Source: Syntrophaceae bacterium UBA4054
GTDB lineage: Bacteria > Desulfobacterota > Syntrophia > Syntrophales > UBA4778
Length of the DNA: 64,000 nt
Assembly (NCBI GenBank): GCA_002383495.1
Contig: DFZO01000022.1
Coordinates: 4,465 to 68,464, forward strand
Direction: 5' to 3'
The notes beneath the pieces were generated by a model. That model was given only the letters and a program-made list of their open reading frames with translations. It made no database searches and was not told where the DNA came from. The translations under genes and the position numbers were made by a program. Of this stretch, positions 52,837 to 62,101 are shown piece by piece (within the stretch, counting starts at the first letter, position 1; every line of letters starts with the position of its first letter).

Positions 52837-54198
52837 GTGAATAAACTGAACATCCTGATCGTGGAGGATGAGAAATCTCAGAGAGAGATGCTTTGCGGTT
52901 TCCTCTCAAAGGAAGGACATGCCGTCAAAGAAGCGGAGAACGGCGAGAACGCCCTTATTATCGTGAAGGAGGGGCATTTTGACCTTCTTCTTCTCGACTA
53001 TAAAATGCCGGGGATGAACGGACTCGAGGTCCTGGAAGAGGTCAAGCGCATCAACCCGGATATTGATGTGATCATGATGACCGCTTTCGGGACGATTGAA
53101 ACGGCGGTGAAGGCCATGAAAACGGGCGCTGTGGATTATATCACGAAGCCCGTGGAGCTCGACGAGCTTTTGCTTCATCTGAATCGCATATCGGAGCGCC
53201 GCGTCCTCATCCGCGAAAACGAAATCCTTCGCCAGGAATTGCGGGACAAGGGTGTGACGGCGGACCGGATTATTTCCAAAAGCCCGGAGATGGAAAATCT
53301 GGTCAACATGGCGGGGCGGATCGCCTCAAGCCGCGCCACGGTCCTTATCCAGGGGGAAAGCGGCACGGGCAAGGAATTGCTGGCCAGGCTGATCCACAAT
53401 CTGAGTCCCCGATCTGAAAGGCTCATAATCGCCGTCAATTGCGGCGCCATTCCGGAGACCCTTCTTGAAGCCGAACTTTTCGGCCATGAAAAGGGGGCCT
53501 TCACCGGGGCGGCAGGCCGGAGAATCGGCCGGTTTGAGGAGGCCGACGGGAGCACCCTGTTCCTGGATGAGATTGGAGAGCTGTCACCTCCCGTCCAGGT
53601 CAAACTCCTCCGGTTCCTTCAGGAGAGGGAATTTCAGCGCCTCGGCGGCAATCAGACCATTCGCGCCGACGTGCGGGTGATCAGCGCGACGAATAGCGAC
53701 CTGGAATCGAAGGTCAGGGAAGGCGCCTTCCGGGAAGACCTGTACTACAGGCTCAACGTGGTTGTCATGTCCATTCCGCCTCTCAGGGAGCGGAAAGCCG
53801 ATATTCCCCCGCTCGTCGACTATTTTCTGAAACGATACGCGCGTGAAAACGGGAAGGACGTCGATGGATTGAGCCATGAGGCAAGGGATCTCATCCTGAA
53901 ATATGATTATCCGGGGAATGTGAGGGAGCTCGAGAACATCATCGAGCGGGCCGTGGTGATATGCAGGGGGCGAATCATTACCGTGGAAGATCTGCCTTTC
54001 AGGGCTCGTCCGACACTTGCGGAGATGAGAAGACAGGGCGGTCACACGATGAAGGAGTCCATTGAGACCCTGGAACACCGCCTCATCGAAGAGGCCATGG
54101 AGGAGGCCCAGGGCAACCAGACCCGGGCGGCGGAACGCCTCGGGATCAGCGAAAGGATGCTGAGGTACAAGCTCAAGAAATACGGTTTCAAGCACTGA
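52837..54198 (+). CDS. sigma-54-dependent response regulator (ZraR/NtrC/AtoC family)
   Basis: GTG start 6 nt after CAGGAG. It has a receiver domain ([12 protein letters not shown]), an AAA+ domain ([16 protein letters not shown]) and a Fis HTH ([25 protein letters not shown]). Confidence 0.9.
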   Translation: MNKLNILIVEDEKSQREMLCGFLSKEGHAVKEAENGENALIIVKEGHFDLLLLDYKMPGMNGLEVLEEVKRINPDIDVIMMTAFGTIETAVKAMKTGAVDYITKPVELDELLLHLNRISERRVLIRENEILRQELRDKGVTADRIISKSPEMENLVNMAGRIASSRATVLIQGESGTGKELLARLIHNLSPRSERLIIAVNCGAIPETLLEAELFGHEKGAFTGAAGRRIGRFEEADGSTLFLDEIGELSPPVQVKLLRFLQEREFQRLGGNQTIRADVRVISATNSDLESKVREGAFREDLYYRLNVVVMSIPPLRERKADIPPLVDYFLKRYARENGKDVDGLSHEARDLILKYDYPGNVRELENIIERAVVICRGRIITVEDLPFRARPTLAEMRRQGGHTMKESIETLEHRLIEEAMEEAQGNQTRAAERLGISERMLRYKLKKYGFKH

Positions 54199-54356
54199 CC
54201 GGCTGTTGAAAAACGCTCATCTGCCGTGTTGCGCTTCGCCCCTTCCTTCGGCAGGCTCAGGACAGGCTTACAAATTGTCATGGTGAGCGCAGCTTGCCCT
54301 GAGCTTGCCGAAGGGAACCATGCGCGCCTTGCATCTAAGCATTTTTGAACAGCCGG
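54199..54356. repeat. MITE-like palindromic intergenic element, copy D
   Basis: CCGGCTGTTGAAAAACGCTCATCTGCCGTGTTGCGCT...GCGCGCCTTGCATCTAAGCATTTTTGAACAGCCGG. It abuts the regulator stop codon. Confidence 0.8.
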
Positions 54357-54429
54357 TCTGTATTAATGGACGTGAGAACAGTCTGCAGTATTAATGATTC
54401 CCAAGGGATATATAAATAAGTTTCTACGA

Positions 54430-54462
54430 AGGCTTGATACGACTATCAAGCCTGTTTTTTTT
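54430..54462 (+). terminator. intrinsic terminator (10-bp stem AGGCTTGATA/TATCAAGCCT, T8 tail)
   Basis: Read directly from the sequence. The stem overlaps the stop codon of the convergent minus-strand gene at 54446. Confidence 0.7.
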
Positions 54463-54934
54463 CGTAGTCCTTTTTGAAATCCGTCAGCTTGGCAAAATGT
54501 TTTCGCTCTTCTTCAATGATCCTGTCGATGGCTTTCTGCTGGTCTTTATCCACAAGATTTTTCGCCTCGCTGTAATATAGAATGGAATCCACCTCGCGAT
54601 TGATCGCAAAATTCAAGGCTGAAAGAGTGTCTTTGACGTCCTGAAATTCATCATCCAGCTTCTTTTTGCTGAAGACCGCACGGTTATCGAGGAGATCCCG
54701 CAGATATTCCATGTACTCTCCCGGGTACCGTTCATCAGGCTCGAACACTTTTATCTTTGAGAGCAGCTCGCCGAAGATTTTTTTGTGGTTCACCTCTTCG
54801 TCGGCAAGAAAATTGAACAGGTATCTCGCCTCATCGTCTTCCGTTATCGTCGCCGCGCGGCGATAGAATTTCTCTCCGTTTTCTTCCATTTTTATCGCGA
54901 ACTGGTAAATCTCGCTGGCATCAAATACTTTCAT
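54446..54934 (-). CDS. ferritin-like / rubrerythrin-family protein
   Basis: Four-helix-bundle diiron-type pattern: FAIKMEENGEKFY...EEVNHKK and INREVDSILYY...EEERKHFA. Confidence 0.7.
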   Translation of the reverse strand: MKVFDASEIYQFAIKMEENGEKFYRRAATITEDDEARYLFNFLADEEVNHKKIFGELLSKIKVFEPDERYPGEYMEYLRDLLDNRAVFSKKKLDDEFQDVKDTLSALNFAINREVDSILYYSEAKNLVDKDQQKAIDRIIEEERKHFAKLTDFKKDYEKKQA

Positions 54935-55007
54935 CGATCGTCTCCGTTTTTGTGATGACGCTTTGTATACATCAGCGGCCTAGGGTTGTCCAGAGCAAAG
55001 CGAACCT

Positions 55008-55168
55008 CAGGCTGTTGAAAAACGCCCATCTGCTGCGTTGCGCTGCACCCCTCCCTTCGGCAAGCTCAGGGCGGGCTCTGCGGCTTGTCATGGTGAGCGA
55101 TGTCACAGTGAGCTTGTCGAACTGCGAACCATCGGGGACATTGCATCTGAACGTTTTTGAACAGCCTG
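55008..55168. repeat. MITE-like palindromic intergenic element, copy E
   Basis: CAGGCTGTTGAAAAACGCCCATCTGCTGCGTTGCGCT...GTCATGGTGAGCG...GTCACAGTGAGCTTGTCGAAC...CATTGCATCTGAACGTTTTTGAACAGCCTG. Confidence 0.8.
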
Positions 55169-55262
55169 ATGAAAAGTTTGTTTTTCAACACTCTTTTAAG
55201 ATTTTTAGTACCAGGTTTCAAGCTGTAAAAAACCCCGGCTCGGGCCGGGCGCTTCAAGCGCG

Positions 55263-55646
55263 TCACCGTTTTCTCAGGGGTCTGAACCAGAAGGACAGCA
55301 CGACGATGATGAAGTACAGGATCGTGGCGCAGGAAATTTTCTCAAGGGTCAGGTCCTCAACGTAAATGAACCTTTCAGCCGCTTCGATCATGAACTGGCC
55401 GGGGTAGACGGATCCCGCGGACCCTTTCGACTTGAGATAAACCTCGAGATGGGTGAGAGGGCAGATGGTGCGCGTGGCCTGCATGGCCATCATGGCCGCC
55501 AGCGCCGCCAGGTGGATGATCCGGCCCCGGGCGCTGTTGAGATAGAGGAAAAGGGGAAAGCCCAGGATGACAAAGGCGATCCATAGAACGTGAAGGGCAA
55601 TGATGAGATCGGCGGCAGTCCGGTACGACATGGGGTCAGCGCTCAT
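55263..55646 (-). CDS. DUF2784-like small membrane protein
   Basis: Four hydrophobic helices and a CPLTHLE motif. The family call is from memory. Confidence 0.55.
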   Translation of the reverse strand: MSADPMSYRTAADLIIALHVLWIAFVILGFPLFLYLNSARGRIIHLAALAAMMAMQATRTICPLTHLEVYLKSKGSAGSVYPGQFMIEAAERFIYVEDLTLEKISCATILYFIIVVLSFWFRPLRKR

Positions 55647-55800
55647 TCGGGTTTATTCAAATAAGCTATTCAAAGCGGCCCGTCCTGTCAATCATAAAGG
55701 TCGCGGCCGCGTTCCATAAAAATGCTACCCCTGAAAAGCGAAGTGAGGTATATAATTCAATCTTGCTGTATCTGGAAATCCACTTGCGAGGTTTTTTATC

Positions 55801-56586
55801 ATGAGAGGCATTGATTTTGATTTCAAAGTCAGCATGGTTGCAGATTTGATTGTTCAGTCGAAGAATATCGTCGTTTTCACGGGGGCCGGTGTGAGCACGG
55901 AGTCGGGGATACCGGATTTCCGAAGCCCCGGAGGAATCTGGACCCGGTTTGATCCTGAAGACTTCACGATCGACCGATTCATGTCCAGCCGGGAGACGCG
56001 TAAAAAGACATGGGAACTCCTCGGCGGGAGCGGCCTGATCGCTGACGCCCTGCCGAACAGGGCACACCATGCTGTCTATGAACTGGAGCTGCTTGGAAAG
56101 CTGGAGTGTGTCATCACCCAGAATATCGACAACCTTCACCAGAAGGCGGGATGCTCTCCCGACAGGGTATTTGAAGTTCATGGGAATATGCAGTGGGTGC
56201 GATGTCTGGGCTGCGATGCGCGATTCACCATGGAGACGATCCAGCGGCGCCTGGGGGAGAACATCCAGGTCCCCGAGTGCGAGCATTGCTCAGGCATCCT
56301 GAAGCCGGATGTGATCTACTTTGGTGAGATGTTGCCTCAGGAGACGCTGGATCATGCCATCCACCACTCCCGGAACTGCGATCTCTTCATCGTCATCGGT
56401 TCCTCCCTTTCCGTCTATCCGGCTGCGTACATGCCTACCCATGCCCTTGAAAGCGGCGCCAAGCTGGTGATCATCAATAACACCAGGACCTTTTGCGATG
56501 ACCGGTCGGAAGTGGTGATCAACAGCATGGCAGGTGTCGCGATGGAAAGAATTCTGGAAGATACGAAAAGAAAGCTCATGCACTGA
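55801..56586 (+). CDS. cobB: NAD-dependent protein deacylase (sirtuin, CobB-type)
   Basis: GAGVSTESGIPDFRSPGG, QNIDNLH, catalytic HG, a Zn ribbon CLGC...CEHC, and GSSLSVYPA. Confidence 0.9.
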   Translation: MRGIDFDFKVSMVADLIVQSKNIVVFTGAGVSTESGIPDFRSPGGIWTRFDPEDFTIDRFMSSRETRKKTWELLGGSGLIADALPNRAHHAVYELELLGKLECVITQNIDNLHQKAGCSPDRVFEVHGNMQWVRCLGCDARFTMETIQRRLGENIQVPECEHCSGILKPDVIYFGEMLPQETLDHAIHHSRNCDLFIVIGSSLSVYPAAYMPTHALESGAKLVIINNTRTFCDDRSEVVINSMAGVAMERILEDTKRKLMH

Positions 56587-56598
56587 GGGGGAACAGAT

Positions 56599-57102
56599 AT
56601 GGCAGCGAAGATTTTGAGAATTCTCTGCTTCGCAGTCCTGGGTTTCGCATGGATGGCGGTGAATTCCGAAGCGGCGGAGTTCTTTAAGAACTACGGAGAG
56701 ATCAGGCCCAGTGCTGAGGCGACGGGGGTCTTCGAAAACTATAAGGTCCTCTCGAATTACAGATACTATGTGAGCGGCTCCGATCTTTATCCCAACGCGC
56801 TCATCGCCCTGGACAGGGCCTATGCCCTTGACAGTGATCTGTGGAAGGAAAGAAAACTGACATCCGCGGAAATGAAGGAGCTCATCGGCGACATGCAATC
56901 GAAGGCCCTGGAAGTCGGCGAGACGCTTCATGGATATGATATCCTGGACAACGGAGGAAAGAAGATCGGTCTGTGGTATTCCATACTCCGGGCCAGGACC
57001 TATGTGAAGATGGAAGGCGATGGCAGGGTTGTCATCGCCACCCCCCCGATCGATCTCTGGGAACGAGGGGGAGACGGTCGCCTGCTTCAGGTGCCGCGCT
57101 GA
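56599..57102 (+). CDS. hypothetical secreted protein
   Basis: The signal peptide ...AVNSEAA-EF is present. No family recognised. Confidence 0.55.
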   Translation: MAAKILRILCFAVLGFAWMAVNSEAAEFFKNYGEIRPSAEATGVFENYKVLSNYRYYVSGSDLYPNALIALDRAYALDSDLWKERKLTSAEMKELIGDMQSKALEVGETLHGYDILDNGGKKIGLWYSILRARTYVKMEGDGRVVIATPPIDLWERGGDGRLLQVPR

Positions 57103-57126
57103 TTCCCCTGAAAAAGGCGATCCCAA

Positions 57127-57939
57127 GTGTGTCTTATTCTTTTTTCCTTTAAACAGCATCCGCGCTACCCGTTGATCATCGCTGCGAACCGGGACGAGTT
57201 TTATAACAGGGGCTCCTCTCCCGCGGCTTTCTGGGACGATGAGCCGGGGATGCTTGCCGGGAAGGATCTCGTCGCCGGAGGCACCTGGTTCGGCGTTACC
57301 CGATCCGGCCGGATAGCGGCGATCACCAATTACCGCGAGCCGGGCTTTCATAGAATGGACGCGCCGTCGAGGGGCGACCTCGTCACCGGCTATCTGCGCG
57401 GCGCGGAGGCTCCAGAGGAATATCTGAAAAAACTGGATAAGGAAGCGGGCCGCTATAACGGCTTCAGTCTGATTCTGGGGGAGCCGGGGAATCTCTACTA
57501 TTTTTCGAATCGCCGTGAGGGCTTCCAGAGGCTGGCTCCGGGGCTCTACGGTTTGAGCAATCACCTCCTCAACACGGCATGGCCGAAGGTTGAGCGGGGA
57601 AAGCGTGCACTCGCGGGAATTCTCTCAGGCGGCGGAGACCCCGATCCGGAAGAACTCTTCCATATTCTGGCAGACCGGTCGCGCCCTCCCGACGACCATC
57701 TCCCCCATACGGGGGTCGGACTCGAATGGGAACGCATTCTGTCTTCTCTTTTCATCACGAGCCCCGTTTACGGGACGCGCTCCTCAACGGTCCTCCTGGT
57801 CCATGGAGAGGGAAGAGTCACGTTTGTGGAAAAGGTTTTCAATTCGGCGCCGGAACCGCTGCAGGTGACACGGCATGAATTTGATATCGAGCGGACGGGG
57901 GACAAGGGCAAGACGCGGCATGACGGGCAAGGGCGATAG
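57127..57939 (+). CDS. NRDE-family (TANGO2/DUF833) protein
   Basis: GTG start. The N-terminal (M)CLILFSF and the signature AANRDE are present. Confidence 0.8.
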   Translation: MCLILFSFKQHPRYPLIIAANRDEFYNRGSSPAAFWDDEPGMLAGKDLVAGGTWFGVTRSGRIAAITNYREPGFHRMDAPSRGDLVTGYLRGAEAPEEYLKKLDKEAGRYNGFSLILGEPGNLYYFSNRREGFQRLAPGLYGLSNHLLNTAWPKVERGKRALAGILSGGGDPDPEELFHILADRSRPPDDHLPHTGVGLEWERILSSLFITSPVYGTRSSTVLLVHGEGRVTFVEKVFNSAPEPLQVTRHEFDIERTGDKGKTRHDGQGR

Positions 57940-58348
57940 GCATATTCCGCGGGTGGGCGTGGGGGCTGTCGTGATCGAAGACGGCAGGGTTCTTCTGGTC
58001 AGGCGTGGCACTGAGCCGGGCAGGGGGATGTGGGCCGTCCCCGGCGGTCTCGTCGAACTCGGTGAAACCCTTCAGGAGGCCGCTCAGAGGGAAATTCTTG
58101 AAGAAACAGGGCTCGTCATTCGTGCCGGCAATCCCTTTTACACCTTTGACCTCATTCAGCGCGACGGTGCAGGCGCTGTTGAATTTCATTACATCATCGT
58201 GGACCTCCGGGCCGATTACGTGAGCGGTGAAATCGCCCCGGGCGATGACGCCATGGATGCCCGCTGGGTCACGGCGGGAGAACTGGAGCGCATGCCCGTG
58301 ACCCCGACGACCCTGAAGCTGCTAAAAACCATGGGGTTCTGCCGCTAA
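57920..58348 (+). CDS. NUDIX hydrolase
   Basis: NUDIX box [24 protein letters not shown]. The start [15 protein letters not shown] overlaps the NRDE gene by 20 nt. Confidence 0.85.
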   Translation: MTGKGDRHIPRVGVGAVVIEDGRVLLVRRGTEPGRGMWAVPGGLVELGETLQEAAQREILEETGLVIRAGNPFYTFDLIQRDGAGAVEFHYIIVDLRADYVSGEIAPGDDAMDARWVTAGELERMPVTPTTLKLLKTMGFCR

Positions 58349-58767
58349 TCGAGAAAGGGGAGTCGGTCCTTTTTCCGGTACACCTGGGTCTGGCACCGGG
58401 CGATGAGGTTCCGGTCATCGTCCCGGACCTCAATCTCGTAGGTGCCGATCCGGCTGGAGCGGCTGATCTCCTTCGCTTCCGCGTACAGCGTGGCACCCCG
58501 GGCCGGAGACGCGATATAATTGACCGCGAGGCCGAGGGCGACGGCGACGGTGCCGTGAGAGTTGGAAGCCGTTTCAAAAGCCTCGTCGATGAGCGAGAAG
58601 ATCGCCCCGCCGTGGGCCATGCCGAAAATGTTTTCCATGTCTTCCGTGAAGTCCATCCGAACCAGCGAATAGCCGGGGCCGAGCTTCAGCAGTTTCAGAC
58701 CGAGCTTTCGCGCGTAAGGCTCCTCTTCCACTTTTCCGCAGATCGCCTTGAATATTTTATCCTGCAT
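58345..58767 (-). CDS. PaaI-family hotdog-fold thioesterase
   Basis: [16 protein letters not shown] motif, RBS GGGGAGG. The ORF extends to 58800. Confidence 0.8.
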   Translation of the reverse strand: MQDKIFKAICGKVEEEPYARKLGLKLLKLGPGYSLVRMDFTEDMENIFGMAHGGAIFSLIDEAFETASNSHGTVAVALGLAVNYIASPARGATLYAEAKEISRSSRIGTYEIEVRDDDRNLIARCQTQVYRKKDRLPFLD

Positions 58768-58914
58768 GATCGCCTCCCCTTTTTCAGGCACGCGGACCAA
58801 ACGAAAATTATTTTTCGAACGTTATGCGGGTCCGCGTTTTTTGTCAAGGTTCTTTAAGCAGGGCGAAGGGCGTTTGCCGTCGGCCTGCTTTTTTCTGGAC
58901 GCGCCGGAACAGAT

Positions 58915-58938
58915 ATGTTAGTAAGTACACACTAACAT
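58915..58938. promoter_or_regulatory. perfect 8-bp inverted repeat ATGTTAGT-N8-ACTAACAT, candidate TetR operator
   Basis: It overlaps the ATG (58937) of the TetR gene that heads the efflux operon. Confidence 0.5.
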
Positions 58939-59566
58939 GAAAAAGGAAATAACGACAAGAGACAGGATCCTGGAAGCCGCCCTGAAAATCTTTTCGATGA
59001 AGGGCTATCTCGGGGCGACGACGAGGGAGATCGCCGGTGAGGCGGGTGTGGCGGAGGTCACGCTTTTCCGGCACTTTTCCTCAAAGGAAAGGCTCTTTGA
59101 AGAGGTGATCAGCCGGTACAGCTTTCTTCCAGAGCTGAAGGGCCTTCTTCCGGAATTGCGGGACCGGGATTACCGGGATGCTCTTTCCCTGATCGCGGGG
59201 CGGTTTCTGGAAATTTTGAGACAGAGGCGGGAACTGGTGAGAATCGTGCAGGGCGAGATGCACCGGTCGCCGCGAATCAGGGAGGTTTTTTATCTTTTCA
59301 CGGACGACATGTTCAGAACCCTGGCATCCTACTTCCGGGAACTGCGTGAAAAGGGAAAGTTCCGCGATCTCGATCCGGAATACGCGGCCCGGGCCTTTCT
59401 CGGAATGTTCTTTTCCTATTTTTACCGGCAGGAATTTGTGGCGGATAAGCGCATTGGAAAAACCGAGCGTGATAAAGTGATGAAAGAATTTATTGAAATC
59501 TTTGTGCGGGGGACGCTGAGCGAAACCGGCCGCATCGGACATGGACCCAGACGGAGGGCATCTTGA
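58937..59566 (+). CDS. TetR/AcrR family transcriptional regulator
   Basis: N-terminal HTH RDRILEAALKIFSMKGYLGATTREIAGEAGVAEVTLFRHF. Confidence 0.9.
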   Translation: MKKEITTRDRILEAALKIFSMKGYLGATTREIAGEAGVAEVTLFRHFSSKERLFEEVISRYSFLPELKGLLPELRDRDYRDALSLIAGRFLEILRQRRELVRIVQGEMHRSPRIREVFYLFTDDMFRTLASYFRELREKGKFRDLDPEYAARAFLGMFFSYFYRQEFVADKRIGKTERDKVMKEFIEIFVRGTLSETGRIGHGPRRRAS

Positions 59567-60576
59567 ATAAAAAAAGAATGATCGTCATCGCGTTCGCGGT
59601 TCTGCTCCTGGGGGTGGGGGCGTTTGTTTATTACGGCCAGTGGAAGAGCACGTCCGGGGAACTCTTCTACTCCGGCACCATCGAGTCGACCAATTCGGAA
59701 CTCTCTTTCCAGGTCACGGGTCGGGTCGTCCAGGTGCTCGTGGACGAGGGCCAGGCGGTGAAGAAGGATCAGGTCCTGGCCGTGCTCGACACGTCGGAGT
59801 ATCAGGCCGGTGTCGACCAGGCGAAAGCGAACCTGACGAGAACGGAAAGAAACCTCCATCAGATGAAAACCGTCCTGGAGATCAATCGCAAGACGTTTCC
59901 CGCGGACGTGACCAGGGCCGAGGCCGGTGTATCGAGCGCCAGGGATATCATGGTAAAAGCGAAACAGGATAAAGAACGGTACGATCAGCTCTATGAGAGA
60001 CGTGTCGTCTCCCAGAAAGAGTGGGAGTCCATGAGACTCAATTATGACACGGCGCGCGCCCGGCTCACCGATGCCGAGGCCGTCCTGAATCAGGCTCAGA
60101 GCAATCTGAAAAGAATCGACGTGGCGGAAAGGGAAGTAGAAGCAGCGGGGGCCCAGATTCAGGCGTCAAAAGCGGCCCTGGATCTCGCGGAGATCCAGTT
60201 GAAACGGACCCGCTTGACGGCACCCTACGATGGCACGATCGTCAGCCGCAATGTCGAGCCGGGTTACGTGGTCTCGCCGGCCCGCCAGGTATTCACCCTG
60301 TCCGATCTCTCTTACGTGAAGCTGAAGATCTTTGTGAATGAGACGGAAATCGGAAAGGTGAAACCGGGCCAGAAAGTGGATGTCAAGGTGGACACTTTTC
60401 CCAAGAAGGTTTACAAGGGTCTTGTCTCTTATATCTCTCCCGAAGGGGAGTTTACGCCGAAGATTATCCAGACCCAGAAGGAACGGGTCAAACTCGTTTA
60501 TCTGGTCCAGGTGACCATTCCCAATCCCGAACACGAACTGAAGACAGGCATGCCGGCCGACGCCTGGCTGCGCTGA
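59563..60576 (+). CDS. HlyD-family periplasmic adaptor (YbhG-like)
   Basis: N-terminal TM, coiled coil and barrel (KVDTFPKKVYKGLVSYISPEGEFTP). ATG 59578 is an alternative start. Confidence 0.85.
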   Translation: MNKKRMIVIAFAVLLLGVGAFVYYGQWKSTSGELFYSGTIESTNSELSFQVTGRVVQVLVDEGQAVKKDQVLAVLDTSEYQAGVDQAKANLTRTERNLHQMKTVLEINRKTFPADVTRAEAGVSSARDIMVKAKQDKERYDQLYERRVVSQKEWESMRLNYDTARARLTDAEAVLNQAQSNLKRIDVAEREVEAAGAQIQASKAALDLAEIQLKRTRLTAPYDGTIVSRNVEPGYVVSPARQVFTLSDLSYVKLKIFVNETEIGKVKPGQKVDVKVDTFPKKVYKGLVSYISPEGEFTPKIIQTQKERVKLVYLVQVTIPNPEHELKTGMPADAWLR

Positions 60577-60582
60577 TCCTCA

Positions 60583-61365
60583 ATGAAGGATGAGAAGAAC
60601 ATGGTCGTTCCTGTAAAACCGTTTGTCGAAGTGAATCAGGTCTCCAGGCAGTTCGGAGACCTCGAAGCGGTCAGCGATGTATCCTTTCGGGTGGAGAAAG
60701 GGACCGTCTTCGGGCTTGTCGGGTCCGACGGGGCGGGGAAGTCCACGCTTTTGAGAATGATCGCGACCATGATTCCCCCGACGTCGGGCAGTATCCGCAT
60801 CGACGGGCTGGATGTGGTGACCAGGAAGACGGAAATCAAACGTCTCATCGGCTACATGCCACAGCGGTTCGGACTGTACCAGGACCTCACCGTGGATGAG
60901 AACCTGGACTTTTTCATGGATATCTTCGGCATCTTCAAAGAGGAGAGGCGGAAAAGGAGGGAACGCTATCTCGGCTTTTCCAACCTGCTGCCCTTCGTCG
61001 ACCGCCTGGCCGGTAATCTCTCGGGGGGAATGAAACAGAAGCTGGGCCTCGCCTGCGTCCTTGTCCATGAGCCGCAGGTCCTTATTTTGGATGAGCCGAC
61101 GAACGGTGTGGATCCCGTGTCCCGGCAGGAGTTCTGGGAGATTCTGGCGGAGATGAAGCGCGGAGGCATGACCATTCTGGTTTCCACGGCCTACCTCGAT
61201 GAGGGCGAGAAATGCGACCGCCTGGCCCTCATGCATCGCTCCCGGATACTTGATCTTGCAAGTCCCGCAGACATTCGATCTTCCTTCCCGAACCTCGAGG
61301 AGGCCATGATCCAGCGTATTCAGGAAGTGGACAGGGAATTGATACATGACCGCTTCAACCACTGA
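60583..61365 (+). CDS. ABC transporter ATP-binding protein (first of two)
   Basis: Walker A GSDGAGKST, signature LSGGMKQKL and Walker B LILDEPT. Confidence 0.9.
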   Translation: MKDEKNMVVPVKPFVEVNQVSRQFGDLEAVSDVSFRVEKGTVFGLVGSDGAGKSTLLRMIATMIPPTSGSIRIDGLDVVTRKTEIKRLIGYMPQRFGLYQDLTVDENLDFFMDIFGIFKEERRKRRERYLGFSNLLPFVDRLAGNLSGGMKQKLGLACVLVHEPQVLILDEPTNGVDPVSRQEFWEILAEMKRGGMTILVSTAYLDEGEKCDRLALMHRSRILDLASPADIRSSFPNLEEAMIQRIQEVDRELIHDRFNH

Positions 61366-62101
61366 TGTTGTTTCCGTAAAAGACCTGGTCAAAAAATTCG
61401 GAGACTTTGTCGCCGTGGACAGGGTGACCTTTTCCATTGAGAAAGGGGAGATATTCGGCTTTCTGGGGCCCAACGGTGCCGGAAAATCGACCACCATCCG
61501 AATGCTCTGCGGCATCATCACGCCGACCTCAGGCTTTGGGCAGGTCGCGGGCTATGATGTGATCAAACAATCCGAAGACATCAAGCAGTCCATCGGTTAC
61601 ATGTCCCAGAAATTTTCCCTGTATGAAGACCTGACGCCCTTCGAGAACATACGCTTCTACCTCGGGGTTTATAACGTCCCTCAAGCCGAGTGGAACGATC
61701 GTATCGAATGGGCACTCGACCTTACCCGATTGAGAGAGGTGCAGTCCCGCCTGACCCGGGAATTGCCCCCCGGATGGAGGCAGCGCCTGGCCCTGGGATG
61801 CGCGCTCCTGCACCGTCCAGAGATTCTCTTCCTGGACGAGCCGACGTCCGGTGTGGATCCCATTACCCGGCGCCATTTCTGGGATTTCATTTCCCGGCTT
61901 GCGAAAGAAGGCGTCACCGTCTTTGTGACGACCCATTACATGGATGAAGCTATGAATTGTGAGCGGATCGTGATGATGAACGAGGGAAAGATCGTCGCCA
62001 TCGGCGCCCCCGGAGAGATCGTCCGCGAAACCTTTCCTGACAAGCCGGAAGCCACATTGAATGAGGCCTTTATCAAACTCATGTCCCGGGGGGGAAATTG
62101 A
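61346..62101 (+). CDS. ABC transporter ATP-binding protein (second)
   Basis: Walker A GPNGAGKST and Walker B LFLDEPTSGVD. The signature is degenerate (LPPGWRQRL). Confidence 0.9.
   Translation: MTASTTDVVSVKDLVKKFGDFVAVDRVTFSIEKGEIFGFLGPNGAGKSTTIRMLCGIITPTSGFGQVAGYDVIKQSEDIKQSIGYMSQKFSLYEDLTPFENIRFYLGVYNVPQAEWNDRIEWALDLTRLREVQSRLTRELPPGWRQRLALGCALLHRPEILFLDEPTSGVDPITRRHFWDFISRLAKEGVTVFVTTHYMDEAMNCERIVMMNEGKIVAIGAPGEIVRETFPDKPEATLNEAFIKLMSRGGN

Noticed and set aside
55801-56586. SIR2 domain as an anti-phage NADase (Thoeris/DSR-like)
   Set aside because: It shows full canonical sirtuin motifs, including the Zn ribbon and the nicotinamide-ribose pocket, at housekeeping CobB length. There is no associated sensor domain or partner typical of defence SIR2 proteins.
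56290-57564. 424-aa minus-strand ORF spanning three plus-strand genes
   Set aside because: It runs antisense across the sirtuin 3' end, the secreted-protein gene and the NRDE gene. Its composition is low-complexity and Arg/Gly/Pro-rich. The plus-strand genes each have clear family signatures.
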